From IMG/VR virus record IMGVR_UViG_3300043429_000212, positions 1,081 through 65,080 of that record: DNA of 64,000 bases; one strand, 5' to 3'. The position numbers and the translations under genes were made by a program. Under the pieces are notes generated by a model, which was given only the letters and a program-made list of their open reading frames with translations, did no database searches and was not told the DNA's origin. The stretch comes from a virus. Lineage: Duplodnaviria; Caudoviricetes. Of this stretch, positions 26,501-35,888 are shown piece by piece. Positions within the stretch are counted from its first letter, which is position 1. Each line of letters starts with the position of its first letter.

Positions 26501-27868
26501 CTTCTCGCCGGCAGGCTGTGTAAACAAATCTTCCGGAGCAGCCTGCTCTTTGGTGATCTTGCTTGACTGGATCTGTTGCAGCACAGCCATCCGCTGTTCC
26601 GGAGGGACAGACATGGCGTAGGCTTTTGCCTGATCCAAAGTGCCTGCTGTTCCATCCGGGAGACGGTAGAGATCCTCTCCCTCCGTCCCGGCTGGGACGA
26701 CTGTCGGAGCGGTAGGCTCGGCTATCGGTTGCGTCAGGGGATTGGGAATCTGCTCCCGCTGGCGGGCAGCATCGATCTCACGGCTCAGACGCCTTGCGAA
26801 ATCAGCATCAGACTCACCGACCTTCTGGCCGGGAAGCAGGTTGCCTGCCGGCCTTGGAGCGGAAAGACCACCGCCCAGGACCGCCCCGGCAGCACCTTCC
26901 ATAGCAGCCGCACCAAACACACCCTGGAACAGAGGAACATCAAACCCCTCGTTCCTCAGAGCAATGTTCTCTGCGAGCTTGGACTGACCAGCCTGGGCAA
27001 ACTCAGGGGCACCTTCCCTAAACGCACCCAGGCCAACCCTTGAGGCAAACCCACGCTCTGCTTCTCTGAGAGCCTGAAGCTCTGCCGCCTCGGATGCGGC
27101 ACGCTTGCTCAGCATCCCCGCCAGAGGCTTCTCGATACCCATCCCGCCGGCCAGTGCCCCAAGACCACCAGCAACAGCCATTGACGGAAGGTTGGCACTG
27201 CTGTAAGCCTGGGCTTCCTGAGCCTTGGCTTCAGCTACCTCGTCAGAGGCGCCCTTCTGTTTATACGCTTCCTTGACGGATTCGTAGATGGATCCCTTGA
27301 CCTCACCAACGCCCATAGCAGCGCCGATGGCAGGCATGGCAACGGCACCAACACGGGCAGTGCCAAGCAAAGCACCAACAGGACCAGATGCCAACCCGGC
27401 AATGACGACCGGGGCAGTGGATCCAAGGGCTTGGGACAGCGTGTCTACGGGAGCAGTAAGGAATGCCTGGAAGCCAGCCTTGACCTGATCCAGAACACCC
27501 TTGTCTTCAGCATCCTTCAGGATCTGAGCAACCTGCCGCTGGTCATTCTTGGCCTGCGCGGACAGAAGATCTGCCAGCCATGTGTCGGCACTCTTCAGTG
27601 CCTCTGAGGCAGAGGATCCAGCCCCGAAGACGTCAGCCAGCATCCGAATGCCGCCGACCATACCCCGAGAAACCTGGACAGGAACGTCCAGGACTTGACG
27701 GAAGAAACCACTTTGCTCAGGCTGCGGGACAGGCGGGGCAGTGACGGTCTGAGGCGTATCCTGCATACGCGCCTGGATCGCCCGGATGACCTGCTCTCGC
27801 GTAGCCCCGGGAGGACCTTCAATGGAATACGTCTTGCCGTCAGGCCCTTGGATGCTGTACAGGGGCAT
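20558..27868 (-). CDS. large polyvalent (probably ejected) protein: ParB-like, zincin HExxH, ART-like, GP88-like and LPD38 domains
   Basis: PIQVW..ISGRHRL (ParB), LRHESIH, VTLYFPT..IYLT (ART-like), CPNSARCESLC/RLNVTSD/FYDYTK/GDNYDARF (GP88-like), KIPIPFEIG (LPD38). Confidence 0.8.
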   Translation of the reverse strand: MPLYSIQGPDGKTYSIEGPPGATREQVIRAIQARMQDTPQTVTAPPVPQPEQSGFFRQVLDVPVQVSRGMVGGIRMLADVFGAGSSASEALKSADTWLADLLSAQAKNDQRQVAQILKDAEDKGVLDQVKAGFQAFLTAPVDTLSQALGSTAPVVIAGLASGPVGALLGTARVGAVAMPAIGAAMGVGEVKGSIYESVKEAYKQKGASDEVAEAKAQEAQAYSSANLPSMAVAGGLGALAGGMGIEKPLAGMLSKRAASEAAELQALREAERGFASRVGLGAFREGAPEFAQAGQSKLAENIALRNEGFDVPLFQGVFGAAAMEGAAGAVLGGGLSAPRPAGNLLPGQKVGESDADFARRLSREIDAARQREQIPNPLTQPIAEPTAPTVVPAGTEGEDLYRLPDGTAGTLDQAKAYAMSVPPEQRMAVLQQIQSSKITKEQAAPEDLFTQPAGEKPEEKPAEEVKPTEELKPAEEKPEEKPVESAQAVTKEEEEAAQDALQAEKKPEQSAMSGLPVIEAPLSELILSKDVPQFKSDADTKGVVEPLGGTFDRRGVAPIQVWKRNDGRMEVISGRHRLDLARRSGETTIPAQIHEEATGFDAKQAAMLDAELNIRDQQGKVKDYVAYFENAGISEADAESRGLLARAPGKQGFAIATRGSPELVAAHRADVISDAGAAAIANAAPGDSRLQAVGLKAIQEGKSPLAAVNLIKAVQTISKDQPPSDGGDLFGFDDSAMKEAEDMARIATLKQNQIAQRLAAISGASRRPEIAKKEGIDIKDPEALKKREKELRQQKAAWDNWTSSSDLVEEIRKEMAPAEKASVREVSEPKKVSPETQAKIDILGKALTRIMSRYGLKDVALKLVADLKAEGEYSARVISLALDAEDPVVALRHESIHAMKVLGLFSDQQWTALERQAKEKWIDQYLKQKNVNRQPLKEGQTSRYDAYMRLYGGDEEAVIEEAIADAFADFDATKAPPGMLQALLKKIRNFFQAIKEAFGAEPDAERIFRKAERGELRGREVAPNVWKETTEEKEQAEAYEDQNGILPYTSAGQIDVPVETPKASIKAPYSERKLAKGKENHPILGVPLNANGTVTLYFPTNNASAREVAKTKRLKAVNPTANRIYLTNESSPAAVRGRLGNIDQGPVEANVMVHVRPELLQFDMEHADGRKDFFIQLAEGNAFAEKMKMTKLFTLYKPRSEAVTKTTTIGDIGKGLESGIDAYRKMSPEQRRARLAQARQVLKEEHNVGTLLGENGKLQKTRLNEYQLPEDIENSVASLGLGLASAQKINENNLSTCPNSARCESLCLGETSGQNELYGGEGPFRAGPRLSQYLKTEALVMHPEDFGIVLYEEIKRFEAWAKSDKGFETVTDEKGKKSRVKKQVYTPAIRLNVTSDFPPKMLAPLINGFPDVRFYDYTKLATPRPIADNHHLTYSSDGVAQVVEGKTVGLGSNWNAMIKRLNNGFNVAMAFTSKKDMPDFLLDEKTGEKFQVWNGDNYDARFLDPRPGQKENLFNKGMIIGLTNKDRTGRPEDAAIRYDGFFVDYDRQRDGDTVIIRDQEKIKQGKKVIPIAKPSLREGPRMNLRDQTDPATRARIDQTTTPREEKTFIQRITEAIFPKSASHFRAMFLNRYNRLGEYDKELVRQMGGAPLLADSSAEAAALMSDMSAGVLAAAMGVHDRVGGIPVYINGRTEVVNNNNTVKGPLAIFAPLAKYNDPFIYQKYQFWAAVNRGLRLYGQGRDPKFITPADQAEAAKILQDHPEFDGIQKEWIEFNNGLVKYLLDTGVLTEDAAKEFVKYSDYIPFYRQIDGEQTVGPQIFASLAGVKPPKKTKGSEAPLGEFLETVIRNVQYSIEAGMKNAAAQKAVNVAQAINQVQRLNYVSSAPNVVKILEKGKATYYSSQDPLFIDALKSLNLGDLPFIGLLSAPANLLRSLVTKDPAFMLANMMRDSMSAWVSSGVNMTPLVDTLTNFGKALRGQNPEYAALLNSGVIGGYDYSQGVEISANRFNRELRKEANVYTTTERLTRPFTSLWDALEKGTTASDAATRMEIYKKTLAETGNETEAIFRALEVMNFNRKGSNPMVRVLTAAVPFLNARMQGLDVLYRAAFAKGSDIDPKEVQKRFFVRGMTIAALSTMYWMLASDDDEWKRQEQETRDNYWLIPSLGVKIPIPFEIGVLFKVIPERILEYSFGDDTGKDFMKSMTRQLMSTLAFNPIPQTALPVIEYATNFSFFTTRPIVSQGLEDVAPAYQVGPTTSRLSQLIGGATKDLPTGIQISPVKLDQLINGYTGTIGGYMVDLFDAIYDMNSDAPKAAKRFEQMPVIKRFLVDPQARGQVTAFYELKNSVDEAVRTVNLLERNMQPQEWGEYFQENKGLFAVKDYVLDLEKSMKQYREMKNFVRASNMDADQKKDIILNITTLENQLASNIQQIKKMSSGQ

Positions 27869-27876
27869 GTTTGTTC

Positions 27877-29508
27877 CTATTTGGCTGGCGTTGCTTCAAC
27901 TTTAACGTCGGCGCCCCATTGACTTAGATCCAAATCCCCCGGCATACCGGCTTCTCTACGCAAGGCTCCGATGGCGTTGTCAAGATTTGCTGCACGTTGA
28001 TTGAACTGCCTATCAAAATCTCTTTGTGCGTTTTGCCACGCCGTGACAGCCGCTGGGTTGGCCTTATCACCCATCGCATTTATTTGGAGAGTTTTGATTG
28101 GCATTGTATTTAGCCATTCTTCCTTGGCCTTGTTGTAAGCCGCTTCTCTTTGTCTCTCCAAATTTGCCAGTCCGGTCAATGCGTTGGTTCTTTGTCGAAC
28201 TCGCGCATCCTCCCTTGAGGCCCCAGCAGCTTGCTTTTTGGCTTCAGCCTCTTCAAGGGTTGCCCGGATAGATGCTTGCGTCTTGCGCACATCCATCATC
28301 ACCTTGGCGCCCTCGATCTCTGCGTTGCGCCGTCCTTCGATGTCTCCGGTAAGGATGGAGTACTTCCTCTGCTCCTCCAGTGCCGCAGCCTCTTGGTACT
28401 GGGAGTTGAGAAGACGAATCTTCTCGTTGAGGTTAAAGATACCTTCCTCTGCCTTCTCTGCCTGAGCCCTGCGGTTCGCAAGAACATTGGAAATGCCCGA
28501 GGCCAACGACCCAATCACCTTGCCCTTCTGGGGGTTGATGGCAGCAGCCATAGCCAGAAGACCTTCTGCATCCTCGATCAAAGGCATCTTGGCACGGTCA
28601 AGCCTGCCCTGAAGCTGGCGGATGCCCTCTTCACGGATCTTGCCGATGTCCTGCTGACCTTGCTCAAGCTGTCTGGCCCGGGCCTGCTCCACCCTTGACC
28701 TAGCCGCAGCCATTTCTGGCGTGACTTCGCCTCGCTTCTTGGTTAGCGCTACCAGCTTCTCTGCTTCCGTCTGAAGAGCTTGCTCATACGGAGTCTTGCC
28801 CCTGAAACCCTCAAGAGCGGCAAGGCCAGCCGGTTCCGCAGTCGGCTCTGGCTTCGTTTCTCTGCGAGGTTCAGTTTGACGTCCACTGGTAGCAGTGCCG
28901 GCTTCACTTCGTGAAACTGCTGGCTTATTGGGCGTCGGCGGAGTTTCTTGTTTCAACCAGGGGTGCTCATTGAGCATCCGTTGCACTGCTGGCTCAGACC
29001 CAGCGTTTTGAACAAATTCAAATTGCTGTCGAATCCTTTGACGGCGCTTTTGTTCTTCTTGAGACTCTCTGTCCTCCTCGCTAAATCCCACTCCACCTTC
29101 AGGGCTAAGCTGAGCAACAATGTCGTCGTCAATATCTTCAACATCTCCGCCTAGCTTATACGCCCTCATCTCTCCGCCGTTCGCAGCCATGACGGACATG
29201 ACCTGATCAGCAACGGGAGGCTGTTGCTGTTCCTGGGAGTTCTGTGCCATAGCCTGCTGACCCTGCATACCACGTTGCAGGGCACGCGCCTTCATGGCAT
29301 CAGCATAAGCAGAAGCAACGGCCCACTTGGGCCGCAGATCGTTGGGATCGTTGTAGAGCCTGATCAGATCTTCTGGGGGAAGCTGTTTCAACGACCTTGT
29401 GTACTCGACAGGATTCCTACCCTGCTGGGCCGGCATGACCGAGAACGCACCGGCCTGCCCGGGCATCTGTCCTGTTTGCATCAGGGTTTGGAGTCCAGCC
29501 ATGATCAC
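27877..29508 (-). CDS. internal virion / DNA ejection protein
   Basis: Ala/Gln/Glu-rich coiled coil; position in the ejection cluster. Confidence 0.6.
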   Translation of the reverse strand: MIMAGLQTLMQTGQMPGQAGAFSVMPAQQGRNPVEYTRSLKQLPPEDLIRLYNDPNDLRPKWAVASAYADAMKARALQRGMQGQQAMAQNSQEQQQPPVADQVMSVMAANGGEMRAYKLGGDVEDIDDDIVAQLSPEGGVGFSEEDRESQEEQKRRQRIRQQFEFVQNAGSEPAVQRMLNEHPWLKQETPPTPNKPAVSRSEAGTATSGRQTEPRRETKPEPTAEPAGLAALEGFRGKTPYEQALQTEAEKLVALTKKRGEVTPEMAAARSRVEQARARQLEQGQQDIGKIREEGIRQLQGRLDRAKMPLIEDAEGLLAMAAAINPQKGKVIGSLASGISNVLANRRAQAEKAEEGIFNLNEKIRLLNSQYQEAAALEEQRKYSILTGDIEGRRNAEIEGAKVMMDVRKTQASIRATLEEAEAKKQAAGASREDARVRQRTNALTGLANLERQREAAYNKAKEEWLNTMPIKTLQINAMGDKANPAAVTAWQNAQRDFDRQFNQRAANLDNAIGALRREAGMPGDLDLSQWGADVKVEATPAK

Positions 29509-30347
29509 TTCCCTTGACCAAACAACAGGTTATACATCCCCAGGCCACCAAGACCACCCTGGAAGATATTGCCGATGGCAGACGTTCCGGGGTCATAAGG
29601 CCGAGCGTTGATAGGCATCCCGCTCACGATGTCTCGCATGAAGGTAAGCTGTTTATACGGATAGTTCATGGACTCAGACCAGTCCTTGTACCCGATGTCC
29701 AGAGGTGCCTGTTCGATGCCACGCTGGAGAGTGCCGGCCTTCATCTGCTCTTGGATGGTCTTCAGATCCTGACCGGCGCCGAACTGACGCGATGCCTCAC
29801 CAAGACGCTGACCTTCGAGCCCGAGCGTTGCCTCTCCGAGGCGCTGCTTCTGAGCCTGCTCAAACGCGGCCATGAGACCCTTGGCCTGGATGTCACCGAT
29901 CTGGGTTCCCAGGTTGCGCTGACGCTCGGCCTCCATGATGGCCTGCCTGCTGCCGCCGTAGGCACCAGCCTGGGCAAGGCGAGCTTGTTCCGACTGCCGA
30001 CCAATGTCAGCCTGTCTGCGAGCTTCCCGAGCCTGGATGTCAACGACATTCTGTAGGTACGGGTTCATGTAGTCCTGAACGGACCCGACCGGACCAAGGC
30101 CCGTGTTGAACTGCCCAGCCTGATACGTGCCGGTGTTCGCTAGGCCAGTGAATGCCTGCTGCTCCAGAGGAGAGTAGCCCGCCTTGGCCTGTCCCGTGGT
30201 GGGATCAGTGGTTTCAAACGCAGTCCGCTGGCCGGTATAAGGCTGGAACTGCTGTTGAGACAACCCCCATGCCCTATTGAGCATGTCCGTGAGGTAGCCC
30301 TCAAACCCTGGGGCGACGGTGCCGCTCGGATCGATATTACTCATCAT
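29505..30347 (-). CDS. DNA ejection (pilot) protein
   Basis: YMNPYLQNVVD, GAYGGSRQAI and Gly-rich hydrophobic C-terminus. Confidence 0.7.
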   Translation of the reverse strand: MMSNIDPSGTVAPGFEGYLTDMLNRAWGLSQQQFQPYTGQRTAFETTDPTTGQAKAGYSPLEQQAFTGLANTGTYQAGQFNTGLGPVGSVQDYMNPYLQNVVDIQAREARRQADIGRQSEQARLAQAGAYGGSRQAIMEAERQRNLGTQIGDIQAKGLMAAFEQAQKQRLGEATLGLEGQRLGEASRQFGAGQDLKTIQEQMKAGTLQRGIEQAPLDIGYKDWSESMNYPYKQLTFMRDIVSGMPINARPYDPGTSAIGNIFQGGLGGLGMYNLLFGQGK

Positions 30348-31078
30348 GCGCTCCTTTGAAGCTGGTGCATCAGAGCGTACAAAGCGCGAGCACCACCGGC
30401 CCGATCAACCTGGGCCTTGGGAACATACATCTCGCCGTTAGACACGCGGGCAGGAGTGTTGCCGGCGATTGTCGCAGGGATGTTGTCACTTGTACCAGTC
30501 CCCGGGCCACGGATCAGTTGAGCCTGGGGGAGAAGCTGTCGGATACCCTGCGGGGTTCCATTACGAACAGCATCTGCCGTCAGGACAAACCCACCGTGCT
30601 CCATAGGAAGCGGGTTCTGCTTGGTGCCGGTGACAGTACCGCCGCTGGCATATGCCTGCATGAGACCGCCGTTGGCTGCGAACTCATGGACGGTGGTTGG
30701 ACCATACCGACCCTGCGAAGTCTTGCGGGTAACCTTGGACGGAGAGAGGTTCAGCTTGATACCGCCACTCGCCTTCTGCCTGTCTTGAAGGCCACCGAGC
30801 AGCATCCCCAGAAGACCGGCAAGCCCTCGCGGAGATGTCAGTCCTTGGCCCAAGGCTGCAAGGCTTTTGCCAATCGTGCCTGCAAAGCTGTTGTTTGAAA
30901 CGCCAGGAGTCCACGGGTCGCTTCCGACCCCGTAAGTTGAATAGTCTCCGGGGCTGGTTAGATATGCTTCCTCCTCTGAGGAAGGTATATATCCAGCGGC
31001 AGACCCTGAAAGACTGCTTGGGTTCAGTAGGATGTCGTAATCATCATAGTATTCGCCCATATCACGCTCCAAACTCAT
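30344..31078 (-). CDS. internal virion protein
   Basis: GPGTGTSDNIPA..ARVSNGEMYVP motif. Confidence 0.6.
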   Translation of the reverse strand: MSLERDMGEYYDDYDILLNPSSLSGSAAGYIPSSEEEAYLTSPGDYSTYGVGSDPWTPGVSNNSFAGTIGKSLAALGQGLTSPRGLAGLLGMLLGGLQDRQKASGGIKLNLSPSKVTRKTSQGRYGPTTVHEFAANGGLMQAYASGGTVTGTKQNPLPMEHGGFVLTADAVRNGTPQGIRQLLPQAQLIRGPGTGTSDNIPATIAGNTPARVSNGEMYVPKAQVDRAGGARALYALMHQLQRSA

Positions 31079-32054
31079 ATTCCATCAGGGGGCCATAGCG
31101 TCCTGCGGTCATCTGCGAGGACCACTCGGGCTGCTTGGGTTCTTGCGCTGCCTGTTCTATCGCTGCCAGGACAGAATAGGCGTCTGCGTTGATACCTGTG
31201 TCGCCGTAGGTGTTGCCTGTGGGGGCCGACGAAGTGGAGGGTACACCTGCCCCGCCAAACAGTCCACCCAGGCCACCAGACTTCGTCCCACCTACAGCTT
31301 CTGACGCTGCCCTGCCGACTGCTGGACCAAGCGTTGAGCTTGCCAAAGCACCGGCCAATGGGTTGCCTGTGAGGCCACCTACGAGAGCGCCAAGCCCTGC
31401 TTGCGCACCGGAGCCTACGGCTTTGCCAAGATCGTTAGTGAGGATGCCTTCGACGATACCGGAAGGAATCCCAGTCCTCGCACCAACCAACCCCGCAACC
31501 AGCCCCGGCACAACTTCCGCAGGGGACAGCCTGCCCGTCATCAGGCCGTGGATGTTTGCAATGCCCTTGCCAAGCGCGGACACCGTGCCGTAGCCAGGAA
31601 CCAGACTGGCAAGCGCGGGAGCAGCGTAGTTCAGGACGTTGTGGACGTTCTGTGCGGCGAGGGCTTGCTCTATGTTTTGGGTGAATCCCGGGACATCCAT
31701 CTTCCCGAGTCCTGCTTGCGCAAGTGTATTCAGATCCGCGTAGCTGACCCCAGAGGAATGTTGCGGAGACATCACCCCGGCAAGGTCAACATTTGCCTTG
31801 TCGGTAAGGTTCATCCCCTGAACAGCCGCAGCCAACTCCGCAAAAGAAGTCGGCGCCATGAAATCTTGGACATGTGCAGGCGCGGACGCAAGCGCGGCGT
31901 CCATTACCGCCGTATTCGCTGCCGTTTGATCTGCTTCTCCGGGGCTACTATAGCCGTCGTTAAACCCCCCGCCTTGACCGGAGCCATCCCCATAGCCGCT
32001 AAAGTCCCCACCTCCGGTATCAAAATGCACTACACCGTCTTTATCGACTCTCAC
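31062..32054 (-). CDS. Gly/Ala-rich internal virion / ejection protein
   Basis: Hydrophobic Gly-rich helices; cluster position. Confidence 0.55.
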   Translation of the reverse strand: MRVDKDGVVHFDTGGGDFSGYGDGSGQGGGFNDGYSSPGEADQTAANTAVMDAALASAPAHVQDFMAPTSFAELAAAVQGMNLTDKANVDLAGVMSPQHSSGVSYADLNTLAQAGLGKMDVPGFTQNIEQALAAQNVHNVLNYAAPALASLVPGYGTVSALGKGIANIHGLMTGRLSPAEVVPGLVAGLVGARTGIPSGIVEGILTNDLGKAVGSGAQAGLGALVGGLTGNPLAGALASSTLGPAVGRAASEAVGGTKSGGLGGLFGGAGVPSTSSAPTGNTYGDTGINADAYSVLAAIEQAAQEPKQPEWSSQMTAGRYGPLMEYEFGA

Positions 32055-32069
32055 GGCATCCCTCCAATA

Positions 32070-33710
32070 TCACTGAGTCAAGTCCCAGAACGACAGCGAG
32101 CCCACGGCATCGCCTGTGGTCGCCCCGGAGACCGTGCGGATCTGCACGGTGTAGATGTCGCTGACGTTCGCAAGCGACGCCCCAAGCTGCAAGTCCCAGT
32201 TGTACCCCGCAGGATCAGCCAGAGGGTTGTTCCCGCCGCTGCCGCTGGATGTAACGTAGTCCGTTTGAACGATGGTGCCACCGGAGATGGCTATGGCCGA
32301 TACGTCGTACTGGACGTTGGAGTCAGTGGGGACTGACAACCAAGCAGAGTTGCTGATCTCATACGTAGTAACAACCGCTGCCCCACCGCCCGCCGCAACA
32401 GTAGCGGTCGCATTGGTGGATGCTGTGATGGTGTAAGTGTTAACGCCCAGAACGGTGATCTGATACCGACCGTTCAGGGTTAGACCGCCTACCGCAGCAG
32501 CGCCGGAATAGTTTACGTAGTCCCCCGTTGTCCCGCCGTGTCCTGTATCGGTCACTGTAACGGTTGCAGATCCGTTAACAGTGGCAAACGGGTTGTTGAG
32601 TGTTACCGTTCTACGGATCAGGGTCGGGTTCTTGACCAGTGCCACCTCGTAGTTCTGGCTGGTGGTAGGCAGTACCTGGACCCGCTGCGGCAGGACAACT
32701 GCACCCAGCGCCGAGGAAGACAGCCTGATAGACACCAGCGGCAGGAAGGTCGAACCAATCGTGCCGAGGATCGATGTGCGCCTCGCCACATGACCTGGGG
32801 AGTACTGCTCATACCCGCCTTCGGAGATCACCGAAGAGCAGATAGATTTCATGGACGCAGCAATCCCAGTGGAAGAGATGATCTCGTAACGCACCGGCAG
32901 GATCGCCGTTGTCATGTAAACGCTGGTGATATCGTTGGCGTTGTGGAAGGTGTGGCAGACGATGTACTCACCGTTGATGATGAACCCACACCGCACCGAG
33001 CCCACACCCAGCCATTCAAAGTCGATCCACAGGATCTGCGCCTTGGACGGGTCCAACGTGTAGCCGCTCAGCCCGGTGCCGTCCAGCTTGTCGCCGTTCC
33101 AACTTGACTGCGGAACAGTACGCACATCACTGGGCGTGCCCGGGGTAGGGGTAGAACTAGACCGCAAGACGAAGGAGTAGACCCCGTCCACTCGCTGGAA
33201 GAACACCCCGTTGCCTGTGTTGTAGTAGCCAACCCGCTGCGTCAGGCTTGTGCTTGCGCTGCTGTCCATCACAAAGGTGGCGAGGACAAGCAGGCCCTTC
33301 CCAGGCTGATACGGGAGTGAACGGTAGCTCTGCCGGATGACAGAACCCGCACCGCCAGAAGTGACCTCCATCTTGACGGCGGCTTCATTGGACAGGAAAG
33401 ATGTTGTTCCTGTGCCTGTCGTTGCAACATCAAACTGATTGTCTGCGGCGTAGCGGTTCTGGCTGTCGAAGAGCGTGTAGGGTGCGCTGATCCTCAGACG
33501 GCCAAACGCATCGACGTTGGTGCCGCCGATTGATACCGGGACGGTTGTCGAGGATGCGTCCACGATGCGCTCCAGAAGATTGTCTAGCTGGTTGAAGTAG
33601 ATCCGCAGGATGCTCAGCAGCTTGTCAAAGTACTGTGCGTCATAGGTGCGCGTTGGAAGAGGCAAGGCCGGAGCCCGGAACCTCTTGATGATGTTTGCCC
33701 AGATGGTCAA
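32070..33710 (-). CDS. tail-associated structural protein
   Basis: N-terminal LRIYFNQLD helix, DAFGRLRIS motif, beta-rich body. Confidence 0.65.
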   Translation of the reverse strand: MTIWANIIKRFRAPALPLPTRTYDAQYFDKLLSILRIYFNQLDNLLERIVDASSTTVPVSIGGTNVDAFGRLRISAPYTLFDSQNRYAADNQFDVATTGTGTTSFLSNEAAVKMEVTSGGAGSVIRQSYRSLPYQPGKGLLVLATFVMDSSASTSLTQRVGYYNTGNGVFFQRVDGVYSFVLRSSSTPTPGTPSDVRTVPQSSWNGDKLDGTGLSGYTLDPSKAQILWIDFEWLGVGSVRCGFIINGEYIVCHTFHNANDITSVYMTTAILPVRYEIISSTGIAASMKSICSSVISEGGYEQYSPGHVARRTSILGTIGSTFLPLVSIRLSSSALGAVVLPQRVQVLPTTSQNYEVALVKNPTLIRRTVTLNNPFATVNGSATVTVTDTGHGGTTGDYVNYSGAAAVGGLTLNGRYQITVLGVNTYTITASTNATATVAAGGGAAVVTTYEISNSAWLSVPTDSNVQYDVSAIAISGGTIVQTDYVTSSGSGGNNPLADPAGYNWDLQLGASLANVSDIYTVQIRTVSGATTGDAVGSLSFWDLTQ

Positions 33711-35884
33711 CTCTTTCTCCCATCCGACCGGAGATCAATCCGGAACTTGCCCAACTGCCACTGAACACCAATACCCGTGGACTTCACCTTGACCGCCATC
33801 TGCCTGCCACGCACGCGGATGTAGAGGTTCCCTTGATATGGCGTCACGGTCCCAGAGAATCGCTCGATGCTGCTGTCCGCATCTCTCTGGATAGTACGCT
33901 CGCTCTGAAGAGCCACAGACATATTGGCATTCTCAGAGACGTTGTTTACACCACGGGTGTAGCCAGAGCCTGCGTTCTGCATGGGCAGCAGTGACATGCT
34001 GATCGACTGGTTGGCTATGTCTGCGGTGGACCCGGCAAAGGTCACATCCGGCAGAACCCGCGTGACAAACCCGAAGTTGTGCCCGTCCTCGATATCAAAC
34101 TCTGAAGAGATGATGTAGGAGTCGATAGCAAGGGTTTCGGTGGTTGCCTTGTTGTCGCAGCCCTTCTCATGCTCGATCAAGCTACCGTTGTAGTCCGCAG
34201 CGATGGGGAAGTCTGAGTAAACGCTGGCATCAACCCAGGCCGTGCGAGCCAGAGTCCCGTAGTACCAGACCTTCTCAAGGTAGTTGTACACCACGTAGCG
34301 GTCTACCGTCGTGGAGTTTGCAGAGCAGTAGAACCACCAGATCTCGTTGAACTGCTCAACGGTGGAGGCAAAGACCTGGAGGTTCTGGGTCGTGTTGAAG
34401 TCATCGAAGATGAACTTGCGGATGTCGCATGGCAGCGTGGCCGTGCGACCGTCGAACACGTAGAACTTCTGATCCCCCATCCAGTACACCACGCCCGCCG
34501 CAACAGCCCAGGCACGATCACTGGCAATGGTGGTGTTGTCAGCCAGGATCTGCGAGCCCCACACAATAGGCGGGCCAAGGTACTGCATAGAGTACAGAGC
34601 AGTGTCCGTCCAGACCAGAAGCTCCTGCCGGGTCTGTGCCACAGCCTTGATCTCTGATCCGTGAGACAGAAGCAAACTCCCAGCCTGGGTGGTGGCAGAA
34701 GGCGTCCAGTTGGATGCTGACTCCTGGTCCGACCAACGAATCAGCATGGGGTTTAGATCTGTTGACCCGTAGTCAGTCGTTCCAAAGGCAAGGACAAAAC
34801 GAGAGGCGTCCGACACAATACGGAAGTTGGTCTTGCTCGGGGTGTCACTTGCCCCGGGCAGCGTGGATATGTTTACACCACGAGTGGTCAGCCCGCCAGA
34901 GGTCCAGTAGTACGTCCCACCACCCTTGGGACCGTAGATCAGATCGTTGCCAAAGTTGTAGGCGTTCCACAGACCGATCTGCGTGGGATTCCCAACGGTG
35001 TACGCGCCCGCTCCACCCCAGCCTCCACTGCCCCACCCGCCACTACCCCAGCCCGTGCCGAAGGTAGAAGGAGCCGTGTACTGGATAGTAGACCCAACGC
35101 TCACCTGATACGCAGCCGTGATGCCTGATCCGGTTGCCGAAGAGGTTGCATTGATGGGCAGACCCGTGCTGGGGTTCCTTGCCTGGATGAAGTAGGTTGC
35201 GGCGTTCTCCACGCCAAGCTGCGTCCCTGCTGGAACCGCAGGAGATGGAGTGCCGCTGAGTGTGTAGGAGCCGGTTGTCCCGGTCCCAGTTATCGTGTAG
35301 TCCGTGCCATTGATGTTGATGGTGGCACCACTGACGATGATCCCATCAGAGGTGACGGCACTGACCGTCAGCGTCGATCCGCTGGTCGAACAAGTAATCA
35401 GCGTGACGTTGGAGACAATCACATACTCGGCAGTGCCGTTTACACCAGAGGTGGCGAAGTCAATACCGCCAATCGTCCCCGGCGTGGTGAACGTGACGTA
35501 GCTGCCAACCGTCAGTTCCCCCGTAGCAAAAGACCCAACCCCGGCGCCAGCATCAGAGACCGCCGCGTAGGAGAAGCCGTTGTACGTTGAGATCGCGGCA
35601 ACCGCGCTGGTCACGCGAACCGGCGTGATGTCGTAGTACGCGCCGTAGTAGACGTAGTACTTCAGATTGGTCCCGACGCCCATGTAAATGGACCAGGGCC
35701 ACAGAGAACGTGCAACACCTTGGAACGGATCGGCATCAAGGTTGATGTTCTCCCAGCCTCCAATCTTCTCCGGCTGACCCATCCGGAAACGGATCTTGTC
35801 GCACTCATACCAGCCGTTCTCGGCTGCGTAGCGAGTGTTCTCCCGGAAGATCCCGGGGCGAAGTTGGAGTGTCTTCAGCGGCAT
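33707..35884 (-). CDS. tail nozzle / packaged-DNA stabilisation protein (tubular protein B-like)
   Basis: KIRFR..PEKIGGW, IRWSDQE, FNEIWWFY, ARTAW, RVRGRQ. Confidence 0.75.
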   Translation of the reverse strand: MPLKTLQLRPGIFRENTRYAAENGWYECDKIRFRMGQPEKIGGWENINLDADPFQGVARSLWPWSIYMGVGTNLKYYVYYGAYYDITPVRVTSAVAAISTYNGFSYAAVSDAGAGVGSFATGELTVGSYVTFTTPGTIGGIDFATSGVNGTAEYVIVSNVTLITCSTSGSTLTVSAVTSDGIIVSGATININGTDYTITGTGTTGSYTLSGTPSPAVPAGTQLGVENAATYFIQARNPSTGLPINATSSATGSGITAAYQVSVGSTIQYTAPSTFGTGWGSGGWGSGGWGGAGAYTVGNPTQIGLWNAYNFGNDLIYGPKGGGTYYWTSGGLTTRGVNISTLPGASDTPSKTNFRIVSDASRFVLAFGTTDYGSTDLNPMLIRWSDQESASNWTPSATTQAGSLLLSHGSEIKAVAQTRQELLVWTDTALYSMQYLGPPIVWGSQILADNTTIASDRAWAVAAGVVYWMGDQKFYVFDGRTATLPCDIRKFIFDDFNTTQNLQVFASTVEQFNEIWWFYCSANSTTVDRYVVYNYLEKVWYYGTLARTAWVDASVYSDFPIAADYNGSLIEHEKGCDNKATTETLAIDSYIISSEFDIEDGHNFGFVTRVLPDVTFAGSTADIANQSISMSLLPMQNAGSGYTRGVNNVSENANMSVALQSERTIQRDADSSIERFSGTVTPYQGNLYIRVRGRQMAVKVKSTGIGVQWQLGKFRIDLRSDGRKS

Positions 35885-35888
35885 GTGC